From an uncultured SAR86 cluster bacterium (GTDB taxonomy: Bacteria > Pseudomonadota > Gammaproteobacteria > Magnimaribacterales > D2472): a stretch of DNA of 64,000 nucleotides. Positions 26,971 to 36,708 of the stretch are shown here, piece by piece. The notes under the pieces were generated by a model that saw only the letters and a list, made by a program, of their open reading frames with translations, was not told the DNA's origin and made no database searches. Each line of letters begins with the position of its first letter. Positions within the stretch are counted from its first letter, which is position 1. The stretch spans positions 59,075 to 123,074 of the forward strand of contig CACKNK010000001.1 in the NCBI GenBank assembly GCA_902601475.1. The letters are read 5' to 3'. A program made the position numbers and the translations under genes.

Positions 26971-27909
26971 TTATTTCCCCTCCAAGAAAGATACTATCAT
27001 CTTACCAATTTTAGTTGGTTGGACAAAGGTAATATTATGAGTGCCTCCTTCAATAATTTTTAACTCTGTTGAGGGCATTACTTCCAATAATCTATTGCTA
27101 CCGGAAAAGGGTGTCACTTGATCATTGGTGCCCCAGACTGCTAAAACTGGAATATTTAATGAATTAATAGACCTGTATTCGTCTTCTGAATTAAACATAT
27201 CAAAATGCCTTACAGTCGAAAGCAATGATTCAATGAAACCTTTGTATTTACCTTGCTCAGATAATAGCTCCATATACTCCAGTGGCAATAATCCTCGTGG
27301 ATCATTTACTTCATAAACTTGTTCTTCTACATAAAAGCTACCCAACACATGCCAAAACCATTCTCCTATTAAAGGTTGAACTGCCCAGAAGTTTATATCA
27401 GGTTCTTCGATCATTGTTCCAGCTGGAGCAATCAGGGAAACACTTTTGACCTTTTCGCCATGTGTATCAGCAAAATGAGCAATTACCGCCCCTCCCATGG
27501 AGTAGCCCACAAGATGAACCGGGGTATCAATGGACTGAGATTCTAGAAGACCGTTTAGAGCTCTAATATAAAGGTTATGATCATATTTGATTCTTGGTCT
27601 TTCTGAATAACCTCTACCAAAATGATCATAAGCTAGAACGCTATATCCTGCATCGACAAGCAATTCAGCAATACCATCCCAAACAAATTGTGGACTTGAG
27701 AATCCATGCACAAGAACCACAATATTATCTTTTGAAGGCTCTTTGGGATAATGCCACGTAAAAAAGATATTCCCATCCTCAAGTTGAGCCCATTCACCAG
27801 ATAAGGGAATGTCTTCAATTGAAATATTTTTTAGATAATATGTATTTAAATAAAAAGGTATCCAAAGCAATATGGCAATAATGACTGCGATACGAATAGA
27901 AAATTTCAT
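26971..27909 (-). CDS. Membrane-anchored/secreted alpha/beta hydrolase
   Basis: N-terminal hydrophobic anchor, HGF oxyanion region (VLVHGFSS), nucleophile elbow GYSMGG, C-terminal GGTHN. Confidence 0.7.
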   Translation of the reverse strand: MKFSIRIAVIIAILLWIPFYLNTYYLKNISIEDIPLSGEWAQLEDGNIFFTWHYPKEPSKDNIVVLVHGFSSPQFVWDGIAELLVDAGYSVLAYDHFGRGYSERPRIKYDHNLYIRALNGLLESQSIDTPVHLVGYSMGGAVIAHFADTHGEKVKSVSLIAPAGTMIEEPDINFWAVQPLIGEWFWHVLGSFYVEEQVYEVNDPRGLLPLEYMELLSEQGKYKGFIESLLSTVRHFDMFNSEDEYRSINSLNIPVLAVWGTNDQVTPFSGSNRLLEVMPSTELKIIEGGTHNITFVQPTKIGKMIVSFLEGK

Positions 27910-27912
27910 TAA

Positions 27913-28737
27913 TTATTTAGCTACTCTTTTTCTAAAAATATCTCCGGTGAGCTTAATGATTCTATCTCTTGAGAGAATTCGAGGTAAGAAAGCAAATTTT
28001 TTGTTTCCTTTACCAGTAATGAATGATGATTTGTTTTTTAGGAAAGCATCAAGTCCCTCTTTTGCTACAAGCTCACAACTGTCCCCAAGCTGACCTTTCT
28101 CTTTCAGCACTTGATTCAATGTCTTTAAAGCATCAGATGATTTTTCACTAGCAACCTCACTAAATTTAGATGCAGTACCTCCGGGACATAAAGTCATGAC
28201 TTGAATATTCTTATCTTGATATTCATAACGAATAGCATCTGAAAACATTAAAACAAATGCTTTTGAAGCCGAATAAACGCTCGCAAATGGAACTGGCAGA
28301 AAAGAGGCAGTTGAACCCACATTAATTACCCCGCCACCACCCTTTTGAATCATCTGAGGAATAAACATATGGGTTAGTTCTATCAGAGAATTAATATTTA
28401 AATGAAGCATTTTTGAATAATCAGATCTTTCAAATTCAGTGAACTCACCCCATCTTCCATAACCGGCATTGTTTACTAGTAAATCGATCTTAATGCCTTC
28501 ACTAGAGATTTTTTCAAAAAGCTCATTCGCAGAACCAGAAACACTAAGGTCAGCCTCAAAAACATTAGCCTTGCCACCCTCAGATCTTATTGAGCTTGCT
28601 AAAGCTTCTAATTTTTCAACTGATCTCGCAGTAAGAATTAGATGAGCTCCCCTGCTTGCTAAATCTTTCGCAATCGCAAAACCAATTCCATAAGACGCAC
28701 CGGTAACCAATGCTACTTTATTTTCAAATGTGTTCAT
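27913..28737 (-). CDS. SDR family oxidoreductase
   Basis: VTGASYGIG, NNAG and YSASKAF motifs. Confidence 0.8.
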   Translation of the reverse strand: MNTFENKVALVTGASYGIGFAIAKDLASRGAHLILTARSVEKLEALASSIRSEGGKANVFEADLSVSGSANELFEKISSEGIKIDLLVNNAGYGRWGEFTEFERSDYSKMLHLNINSLIELTHMFIPQMIQKGGGGVINVGSTASFLPVPFASVYSASKAFVLMFSDAIRYEYQDKNIQVMTLCPGGTASKFSEVASEKSSDALKTLNQVLKEKGQLGDSCELVAKEGLDAFLKNKSSFITGKGNKKFAFLPRILSRDRIIKLTGDIFRKRVAK

Positions 28738-28785
28738 GAAGTTCCCCTATAGATAGGATTTAATTTAAATGATTTGAGATGAATA

Positions 28786-30129
28786 TCAACTACTACGTTT
28801 TGCGATCTCTTCTTGAATTAACCACATTCGATCTTGACCCCAAACATAAAAGGGATTTTCGCCATCATCATCGGTTAATTTGAAACTAGGGACTCCCCAA
28901 CAGTTCCCTGCGTACATTTCTTGAAGGTTATGATTTAAATCTTTTTTCCATTGCTTGCTGTTGAGATGCTTTTTTACTTCACTCCAATCCAATTTCAATG
29001 AAGAAACTAAGCCTTCTAAATAAGTATCATCACCAATATTGATTTCATCCTGAAAAGAGGCAGTTAAGAGTGCTTCAATATATTCAAAGCCTTTGCCCAT
29101 TTCATCGATAATTGGAAACAATGAGTAAGCTTTGCGTGCTGGCTTTCCAATAGGTGAATAAATCCTTTTAATCTCATGTTGGTGTGTTCTACCTTCTCGA
29201 GCTGCATCTGAAATAATGTACTTTGCCTTGAAAGTTGGAATGGTCATCATTCGCATTAGCATTGGTAGTACAGGTTTAGTTATAAGGTTAATAGGGTAAT
29301 TTTCTTGAAGTTGTCTGACCCTTTTTGTGCTTACAAAAGTATACGGGCTATTCAATGAAGGGTAATAAGTAAGATTAAACTTTTTTGTTGAGGAAAGTGT
29401 TAACGGAGCAACTAATCTAGGTTTGCAGGTAGGAGTATATTCGTGAGCTGTTCCCAGCTTTAATTCTGATAGTCTTCTTTCCAAATAATGTAATCGATCA
29501 ACTCCCCAGTAAAGTTCATTTTCATAATAGAAAGCTGATCCAAAGTAATAGTCTTTTTCATCCCTAATTGAATTCCCATCCCTAATTTTCTGTTGAGCAT
29601 CGTTTTCGCTAACGCTGTATTCCTTTGATAATGCGTCAAGGCAAGCTTCATCAGCAGACCATAATGCAGCACTCGCTTTTTTACCAACCTCACCAAAATT
29701 AACATCTTCCACAGCAGACAAAATTCTATTGGCTTTACTTGTAAGATCTTTTGAGGGGTAAGAGTGAGCTGAAAAACTTACATCATAATAAGGAGCTATT
29801 CTTCTAACATCCTCAAGACAATAAATGTTGTAAAGAGAAGGTTCGTGAACAGTTTCAGGATTTTCTTCTCCAACTAAGATAGGTTTAAATTGAATGTTAT
29901 ATGAAGATCGAAAGCGATCAATAAATTGAATGGTTAAATGTGAGTAAGGATCGTCAACTTTATGAAAATATAAGATCTCATGAGGCCGATTTTCTGAGCT
30001 TCGTGCTTCCTCGCTCTTTTTTCGATTTTCTTTAAAGACTTCATAACTTGCAAAGTGATTCATGACTGCATTGCGAACCTTTGCGCTAGCCGTGCGCCTG
30101 TTCATGAAGTTTCTGAACCACTTGAGCAT
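28786..30129 (-). CDS. Tandem DsbA-like / 2-hydroxychromene-2-carboxylate isomerase (kappa-GST-like) two-domain protein
   Basis: Two thioredoxin-fold DsbA-family halves. Each has Ser in place of the CxxC motif (HKVDDPYSHL and YPSLNSPYTF). A C-terminal CWGVPSF block is typical of the HCCA isomerase family. Confidence 0.55.
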   Translation of the reverse strand: MLKWFRNFMNRRTASAKVRNAVMNHFASYEVFKENRKKSEEARSSENRPHEILYFHKVDDPYSHLTIQFIDRFRSSYNIQFKPILVGEENPETVHEPSLYNIYCLEDVRRIAPYYDVSFSAHSYPSKDLTSKANRILSAVEDVNFGEVGKKASAALWSADEACLDALSKEYSVSENDAQQKIRDGNSIRDEKDYYFGSAFYYENELYWGVDRLHYLERRLSELKLGTAHEYTPTCKPRLVAPLTLSSTKKFNLTYYPSLNSPYTFVSTKRVRQLQENYPINLITKPVLPMLMRMMTIPTFKAKYIISDAAREGRTHQHEIKRIYSPIGKPARKAYSLFPIIDEMGKGFEYIEALLTASFQDEINIGDDTYLEGLVSSLKLDWSEVKKHLNSKQWKKDLNHNLQEMYAGNCWGVPSFKLTDDDGENPFYVWGQDRMWLIQEEIAKRSS

Positions 30130-30144
30130 CTATTTAGTTTTTAT

Positions 30145-31113
30145 TTAGAAATTACTTAGTCGCTTTGAAATTATTGCATCGGCTTCATCCATGATTGTGT
30201 CGATTAATTCTTTGACAGTAGGAATATCATTTACCAATCCAGCAACCATACCGCAAGACCATGCGCCTGCATCCATCGTTCCTTCATGCATAATCTTTGG
30301 ATAAACACCAGCAACTTCATCAACAATATCAGCAAATGTTAACTGATCTCCAAGAGCTTTTTCTTTTTCCATTAAGCGCTCAACAGCATCATTGTTCATA
30401 ACTCTTTCAGTATTTGTTAAAGATCTCATAATTAAACGGGTATCAAGCTCTGATGCTCCAACTATGGCTTCTTTAACATTCTGATGAACGGGAGCATCTT
30501 GTGTAGCTATAAATCTTGTGCCCATATTCATCCCTTCGGCTCCAAGAGCCATTGCTGCTACTAAACTTCTAGCATCTGCCATGCCGCCTGATGCCACAAA
30601 AGGTATCTCAAGTTCATCTGCCGCTCTTGGCAAGAGAATGAAGTTAGGAATATCATCTTCGCCAGGATGACCGCCGCATTCAAAGCCATCCACAGAAACT
30701 GCATCACAACCAATAGATTGAGCTTTTAGTGAATGTCTCACAGAAGTGCACTTATGAATAATTTTAATTCCTGCATCTTTAAGTGCAGGTAAATACTCAG
30801 CAGGATTTCGTCCCGCGGTTTCGACTATTGGCACGCCTCCCTTAATTATTACATCAACTAGCCCAGGATAATCAGGAGGGGTCAATGAAGGAAGAAATGT
30901 TAGATTCACTGCAAAAGGTTTATCGGTCATTTCTTTACATCGTGCAATTTCATTAGCGAGTTTTTCAGGCGTACCTTGAGTTAAGCCTGTTATCGTTCCA
31001 AGCCCTCCAGCATTTGATACCGCAGCAGCAAGCTCGGCAAACCCTACATGATGCATGCCACCTTGAATAATTGGATGCTCGATTCCAAACATTTCTGTAA
31101 TTTTTGTTTTCAT
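30145..31113 (-). CDS. Nitronate monooxygenase (copy 2)
   Basis: HPIIQGGMHHVG, FAVNL, ASGGMADARSLVAAMALGAEGMNMGTRF. Confidence 0.75.
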   Translation of the reverse strand: MKTKITEMFGIEHPIIQGGMHHVGFAELAAAVSNAGGLGTITGLTQGTPEKLANEIARCKEMTDKPFAVNLTFLPSLTPPDYPGLVDVIIKGGVPIVETAGRNPAEYLPALKDAGIKIIHKCTSVRHSLKAQSIGCDAVSVDGFECGGHPGEDDIPNFILLPRAADELEIPFVASGGMADARSLVAAMALGAEGMNMGTRFIATQDAPVHQNVKEAIVGASELDTRLIMRSLTNTERVMNNDAVERLMEKEKALGDQLTFADIVDEVAGVYPKIMHEGTMDAGAWSCGMVAGLVNDIPTVKELIDTIMDEADAIISKRLSNF

Positions 31114-31121
31114 AATTTTTC

Positions 31122-32183
31122 CTAATTTATTGAAGTAATTTTTATTTCATTTGAATTTAAAGGCAAAACAATCAATGTTCCATCCTTAGAGAAAGTCCAT
31201 TTATCTTTTGATCTAACCTCATTGACACCTCTCAAATGCACTCTTTCCATAATTGATATTCTAGGATAAGGCACATGATGATAAAAGACTAAGTGATCAA
31301 CATTAGCTTTGTTTGCAATATCTGCAGCCTCTGTTGGTGTAGTATGATAAGTCACAATATCTTTCATGACAGTAGCTGCTTGAGGTCGACCAGCATTCAT
31401 TAAGGGCTTATTCATCATTTCTAAAATATGGTTTGCTTGATTTTCATGAAAAAGCACATCGGCATTTTTAGCCCCATCAATAACCTTTTGGGAATACTTG
31501 GTATCCCCACTGATTACAATAGAACGGCCCTTGTAATCAAACTTGAAACCAACTGCTGGCACTGGGTCATGTTCAACCTCAAATGCAGTCACCTTTAAAT
31601 CGTTTTTATTATAAATAACAGGTTCATCAAGGTTGATTGTATAAGGATCAAATCCAGCTACTTCGATGGGGGCAATCTCATTACCATGATGCTCGTTTCT
31701 AAATTTATAATCCAATGCATAAGTAGCTTCGAATCCCTCAGTAACATTTGAAACACCCTCAGGACCATAAACTTTTAATTTGCTTTGTCTTGAAGCGGTT
31801 ACCCAGTTCATGAGATGCAATTCAGCTAAATCAGCAATGTGATCAGAATGCAGATGGGTTAAGAAAACAGCTTTGACTTTTTGTACGTCAATGCCCCAAT
31901 TCATTAAATTGGCAGAGGCGCCATCCCCTATATCAACGATAAAGTACTCATCACCAGCCTTAATCAAAATGCATGACTGTGCAGCTCCTGGTGAAGTCAA
32001 CGGAGGTCCCGAACCACAGACTAGTGCAGATAATGCGTTATCAGGAAGCTCTGCTGTGGCATTTACTGCATTATTTAATGCAGTCATCATGATTCTATCT
32101 TGGACTATAGGTAGTCGTGTTAAGACATTTACCAAGATAAAAAGAATAAAGAGAATGGCAGCCAAATATTTTAAAAGCTTCAT
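31122..32183 (-). CDS. MBL-fold metallo-hydrolase (RNase Z/arylsulfatase-like) with N-terminal anchor
   Basis: HLHSDH metal motif, downstream His/Asp blocks, N-terminal TM/signal segment. Confidence 0.7.
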   Translation of the reverse strand: MKLLKYLAAILFILFILVNVLTRLPIVQDRIMMTALNNAVNATAELPDNALSALVCGSGPPLTSPGAAQSCILIKAGDEYFIVDIGDGASANLMNWGIDVQKVKAVFLTHLHSDHIADLAELHLMNWVTASRQSKLKVYGPEGVSNVTEGFEATYALDYKFRNEHHGNEIAPIEVAGFDPYTINLDEPVIYNKNDLKVTAFEVEHDPVPAVGFKFDYKGRSIVISGDTKYSQKVIDGAKNADVLFHENQANHILEMMNKPLMNAGRPQAATVMKDIVTYHTTPTEAADIANKANVDHLVFYHHVPYPRISIMERVHLRGVNEVRSKDKWTFSKDGTLIVLPLNSNEIKITSIN

Positions 32184-32186
32184 TAT

Positions 32187-32564
32187 TTAAGACTCCTTTG
32201 AAATTTTTGATCCAGCAAAGATTAAAAATAAACCTACAATTATCTCAATAGCAATTGATGGGAGTGCAAATGCAGCTCCATGCAGAACTGTTGAAAGGAC
32301 TCTATATAAAGCAGCCGTGAGCAAGAGCATTGAAGGTGCGTAAAGCCAATGGCGTTGCTTTTTAATTACGCCGATTAGAGTCATCACGCCGATTGTGATA
32401 AAGAAACTTCCCACATCACCAATTTGGGTACTTAATCCAGCTCCGTCTAACAGAGGCATACTCAGAGATGCGGCTGCTGAAGATGGGTCAATGATCCATC
32501 GCAAACCCATTAGCAAAAAGAAGGCTCCAAAAAATCCTGCTATTACTCTTAAAATTCTTTCCAT
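32187..32564 (-). CDS. Small integral membrane protein
   Basis: Four hydrophobic segments. Confidence 0.4.
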   Translation of the reverse strand: MERILRVIAGFFGAFFLLMGLRWIIDPSSAAASLSMPLLDGAGLSTQIGDVGSFFITIGVMTLIGVIKKQRHWLYAPSMLLLTAALYRVLSTVLHGAAFALPSIAIEIIVGLFLIFAGSKISKES

Positions 32565-32574
32565 TTATTACTCC

Positions 32575-34227
32575 TTAGTTTGACCAGTAAATATATTCAT
32601 CTTTTTCTTCGATAATTTGGCCATCATATTTATCAATTAAAACCGGTATTTGTGTACTTGACGGAAACAAAGGATCTTTTTGCTCCGAATTAAATTTCCC
32701 TAAGAGATTTTCAATTAATTTTAATTCCACAGGATGACTCTCAATTAAATTATTCTTTTCATGAGGATCTAAATTTGTATTAAAGAGCCATTTTGAATTT
32801 TCTTTTTTACTTACAATGTATTTCCAATCCTCATGCAAAACAGCTTGGTGATTTCCTGACCTCCAAAAAAGTGTCTTGTGGGGTTTTTTATTTTTACCTG
32901 ATTCAATAAAAGGTAGTAGGTTTACTCCATCAATCTTTCTATCGGCTGGAAGTGATGTTTGCGCAGCAGCAGCAATGGTTGAAAAAATATCAAAGTGATG
33001 AACAGGTTGATTGAATTTTAGACCTGAATCAATTTCGTCAGGCCAGCTTGCAATAAAGGGAACTCGAATACCGCCCTCAAAGAAACTTATCTTCCAGCCT
33101 CTGAATGGTTTATTAATATCTTCTAATTCAATATAGTTAGCTCCTCCATTATCACTGGTAAAGATAATTAGTGTTTTTCCATAAATATCCAAATCTTTTA
33201 ACTTTTCAACGATCTTGCCAACACTTCTATCAAGCGCCCTGATCATTCCAGAATATACCTGTAGGTTATGTCCCCTCATATGATTCATTTCTTTAACATC
33301 ACTTCTTAAGGCCTGCAATGGGTTATGAATAGCCCAATGACTTAGGTAAAGAAAAAAGGGTCTATGTTGATTATTTTCAATAACCTTAAGCGCTTCGTCA
33401 GTGTAATAATCAGTAACATATTTATTTGGAGCGAAATAATCTCCCCCATTAAATTGGGCCGCATATTGGCCTGATGCCCAAATCATTTTGTCGATTGATG
33501 TATCAAATTTTGCGTTCACAACATTGGGATCATTCTCTGGCAGGTAATATGAACCGCCTAAAGATAAAGAATCATCAAAACCCTGATCATTTGGTGACAT
33601 GCCGTTAGAATGACCAAGATGCCATTTGCCAATATGAGCAGTATAGTAGCCCGCATCTTTTAATATTTCTGCAACAGTTATTTGATCTGAAGGCATGCCC
33701 TGATCCATGAAATCTGGAAGATTATTGGCGATTGTTTTATCGATTTTTGTTTTTAAAATATCGTCATCCTCTTCAGCAAGCCACTTAACTACAAAACGGC
33801 CATAATCAGGAACAGGCGTAAATTCAAATCCAAATCTAGTTGGATACCTCCCGGTCATAATTGCTGCTCGAGAAGGGGCACAGGTGGCATTTGCTGCATA
33901 ACCTTCTGCAAACCAAACACCGCTTGTTGCTAGGGAGTCTATGTGAGGAGTTAAAAGGGTACCATCTCTCGCCCCACCATTATGTAAAGATACATCGTTG
34001 TAACCCATGTCATCTGCCAAAATTAATATGATATTTGGTCGAGTGTCATCTCTATCCAGTGATTCTTCAGGCCCTATTGACCATGTGGTAGGTATATTTT
34101 CTTGAATTGGATTCACAACATTCATTACCTTTGGTAGAGCCCAAACAATCAAATTGACTTTATACTCCCAAATTAAAAATGCAGATACTAAGAGTGCTAG
34201 TACAAATAAGGATAGATTTTTAGTCAT
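32575..34227 (-). CDS. Cys-type sulfatase (arylsulfatase family)
   Basis: Formylglycine motif CAPSRAAIMTGR, metal-binding DDMGYND, GKWHLG, FTSDNGG. N-terminal signal/anchor. Confidence 0.85.
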   Translation of the reverse strand: MTKNLSLFVLALLVSAFLIWEYKVNLIVWALPKVMNVVNPIQENIPTTWSIGPEESLDRDDTRPNIILILADDMGYNDVSLHNGGARDGTLLTPHIDSLATSGVWFAEGYAANATCAPSRAAIMTGRYPTRFGFEFTPVPDYGRFVVKWLAEEDDDILKTKIDKTIANNLPDFMDQGMPSDQITVAEILKDAGYYTAHIGKWHLGHSNGMSPNDQGFDDSLSLGGSYYLPENDPNVVNAKFDTSIDKMIWASGQYAAQFNGGDYFAPNKYVTDYYTDEALKVIENNQHRPFFLYLSHWAIHNPLQALRSDVKEMNHMRGHNLQVYSGMIRALDRSVGKIVEKLKDLDIYGKTLIIFTSDNGGANYIELEDINKPFRGWKISFFEGGIRVPFIASWPDEIDSGLKFNQPVHHFDIFSTIAAAAQTSLPADRKIDGVNLLPFIESGKNKKPHKTLFWRSGNHQAVLHEDWKYIVSKKENSKWLFNTNLDPHEKNNLIESHPVELKLIENLLGKFNSEQKDPLFPSSTQIPVLIDKYDGQIIEEKDEYIYWSN

Positions 34228-35326
34228 CTTTTAACTTAACAATAATTCCCTCATGAGGTTTTATTTGCCCTGCAACGACCTCTTTATAGGTAGTAGTAAA
34301 ATCTTCCAAACCAATAATCTTTTTTATCTGCATCCAATCATTACTTTGCAATGCTCTTGCTGACATGAAGGCATTTGTTTTTTGAGCATATCCCTCATGC
34401 CCCCATTCCCCTATTCGCTTTTGAATATGCGCAGGAGCAAAAAAGAATTCAGTCCTTTCTCTTAACATTGCTTGTCCGAGAGCATCTTCGGCGGTTGTTT
34501 CATTATCCCAGTGAGTCATCCCAACCGTAAGACACTTAAGCATGTTGTCTGCGAGCTTGCCATGAAGAGTTCCCAAAATCTCTCGATTCCCTGCCATATC
34601 CACTATTACAGCACCTTGTGAATAATCAATTTTATCTAGCTGGTCATAGCTAATGACCTCATCGTAACAACCAAGATCCTCAACGAATTTTGAGTTTGTT
34701 GCCGAAGTCAATCCAACTACTTTTGGTGAACTTTTTGAATCTGCAAGGCCCTGAGCCAAGCCAATAGCTGTCTTGCTAGAAGCACTAATAATGATTATCT
34801 GTGATGCACCTAGATATTGGTCTTCCTCTAACGAGTCACATAAACAAAAGGCAGTAATATGGAGTGGAAATAAAAGCGCTCTGATTGGATCCATTGATGG
34901 GTCATAGTTGCTTTCACCATTAAGTCTTAGATAATTATTATATACAGGAGGCAGCTCTTTTCGATGCTCTTTGCCATCACTAAAGCTCTGATCAGAAATT
35001 TTGATTGGGCTTAAGACCAGTGAATCTGCTGCAGGGAAATATCCAAATAACCTCTCGCCAACATCTAGATTCTGATTCTTTGATTCAACGATTTCTGCAA
35101 AACCCCACATGGGTATGCACCCCCATCTATCGTCACTGTTTTGTGCGGCTGGAAAGAATTTCCAGTATCCGATTGTATCTCCAGCAACTCCATAGGTAAC
35201 GTTGTTTGCTGTGAATGCAAAGCTCTCAATTTTCAAAAGAATTTCTCCGTCACTAATAATTGGAAGATCTTCGTTAATAATCCTTGATTTTGTAAGGTCA
35301 GATTTAAGAGTTTGAAACTGATTCAT
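34220..35326 (-). CDS. DUF2855 family protein (MDR/Rossmann-like)
   Basis: AFTANNVTYG, YWKFFP, IPMWGFAEIV, GERLFGYFP, SASSKTAIGLA and VVGLTS blocks match my recollection of DUF2855 sequences. Confidence 0.55.
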   Translation of the reverse strand: MNQFQTLKSDLTKSRIINEDLPIISDGEILLKIESFAFTANNVTYGVAGDTIGYWKFFPAAQNSDDRWGCIPMWGFAEIVESKNQNLDVGERLFGYFPAADSLVLSPIKISDQSFSDGKEHRKELPPVYNNYLRLNGESNYDPSMDPIRALLFPLHITAFCLCDSLEEDQYLGASQIIIISASSKTAIGLAQGLADSKSSPKVVGLTSATNSKFVEDLGCYDEVISYDQLDKIDYSQGAVIVDMAGNREILGTLHGKLADNMLKCLTVGMTHWDNETTAEDALGQAMLRERTEFFFAPAHIQKRIGEWGHEGYAQKTNAFMSARALQSNDWMQIKKIIGLEDFTTTYKEVVAGQIKPHEGIIVKLKDD

Positions 35327-35332
35327 ATTTGC

Positions 35333-35869
35333 CTAATTATTATTTTTAAAAATTGATAACCCAAAGAGAGCCAATAAAATAATTAAAATATATGGTGCTC
35401 CCACTGAGCCTGGAGTCATGCCATGGGTGTAAAGACCTTGTACAGCTATTTCTTCTCTGATCAGTGGATAGCCGAAGTTTCTAAAAGCCCACTCAAATAG
35501 CCATAGCAAGTACATCAGCGGAATTAATGCTTTGTACCTAATAATAACTATCCAACAAACGATGCAAAATATAAGCTGTGCAAAGCCCCATAAAGAAAAA
35601 AATCTATAAATTAGAAGCATTGGATCAGGATCGCCTGATATTACTTGAAAATTTGCAATTTCATGAAATCCATATTGTTCAAAAAACATATGCACAACGG
35701 ATCGCCAAGTCATTACACAGGTAAAAAGAATAAATCCCCACAGTGCAAACTTATGTCCAACATAATTATTGTTGGCGTTTTCAGGAAAGAGCTTACTAAA
35801 ACCCAAACCCTTGCTCCGAAACTTCGATATTAAGTTGCCCTGCCAAGCCGGCTGCTCTGTGCTTTTCAC
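35333..35869 (-). CDS. Integral membrane protein, unknown function
   Basis: Four TM segments. The only ATG start overlaps the upstream DUF1330 gene by 74 nt. Confidence 0.4.
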   Translation of the reverse strand: MKSTEQPAWQGNLISKFRSKGLGFSKLFPENANNNYVGHKFALWGFILFTCVMTWRSVVHMFFEQYGFHEIANFQVISGDPDPMLLIYRFFSLWGFAQLIFCIVCWIVIIRYKALIPLMYLLWLFEWAFRNFGYPLIREEIAVQGLYTHGMTPGSVGAPYILIILLALFGLSIFKNNN

Positions 35870-36296
35870 TCTCTATATAAGCCGGATTCCTTGCCATGGC
35901 AATCATGGCTTTTCGACTAGGGTACCTAGCAATGCCGAAAGCATCCCAAAGTTCTTCAACCTCTCCCAACAATAATCCATTTACTTCACCACCCAATATC
36001 AGTTCAGCACCAACATTTGCTAGATGCTCTCTTGTTTCTGTTACATAAATTTCATAGGCTTCCCTTCCAGTCAGATTTGTAGCTCTTCCATCTTCATATT
36101 CTGCTTTATCTTTAAATTTAAGAAGGTTAACCATTAAGATGGGATCATCATCCCCTAGTGCAAATTCTGCAAGTTGGATAGGATTTGGTCTCAATGCATT
36201 TTTATAGGAATTGGATTCGTTAGAATCTGAATCATTGCTTATTAAAAAAAACATTAAGCCACTAATAATAACTAAGCCTATTAAATACTTCTTCAT
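35796..36296 (-). CDS. DUF1330 domain protein with signal peptide
   Basis: MKKYLIGLVIISGLMFFLI leader, then the DUF1330 core (PILMVNLLKFKDKAEYEDGR...GREAYEIY...WDAFGIARYPSRKAM). Confidence 0.7.
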   Translation of the reverse strand: MKKYLIGLVIISGLMFFLISNDSDSNESNSYKNALRPNPIQLAEFALGDDDPILMVNLLKFKDKAEYEDGRATNLTGREAYEIYVTETREHLANVGAELILGGEVNGLLLGEVEELWDAFGIARYPSRKAMIAMARNPAYIESEKHRAAGLAGQLNIEVSEQGFGF

Positions 36297-36706
36297 AGCT
36301 CCCCTTCTTTAATTTCAATATTCAATTGGCCCTCTAGTCCAGCTTCGCGGTGCTCTTCAGATTTTTGGTAGTCTGGATCCATTAACATTTCAAGCATTGC
36401 CTTCCTGCTAGGATATTGTGCAATAGCAACACTGTCCCAAAGATCCTCAACCTCACCAATCATCAAACGACTGATCCTGCCACCAAAAACCAGTTTACCT
36501 CCAACTTTTGCTAGATGTTTTATAACTTCCTGCCCATAAATTGAATAAGCCTCTTTGCCTGTAAGGTCTGTTTCTCTTCCGTCTTCATACTCTGCTTTTT
36601 CTTTGAATTTTAATAAATTCAGCATAGCAATAGGCGTTTCAGTATCGCCTTCAAAAAACCCATCCATTTGTGTTTTATGAGGACGAGAATGATTTTTTAC
36701 TTTCAT
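36293..36706 (-). CDS. DUF1330 domain protein (cytoplasmic paralog)
   Basis: PIAMLNLLKFKEKAEYEDGRETDLTGKEAYSIY...WDSVAIAQYPSRKAM. A close paralog of the downstream gene, without a leader. Confidence 0.7.
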   Translation of the reverse strand: MKVKNHSRPHKTQMDGFFEGDTETPIAMLNLLKFKEKAEYEDGRETDLTGKEAYSIYGQEVIKHLAKVGGKLVFGGRISRLMIGEVEDLWDSVAIAQYPSRKAMLEMLMDPDYQKSEEHREAGLEGQLNIEIKEGEL

Positions 36707-36708
36707 GC

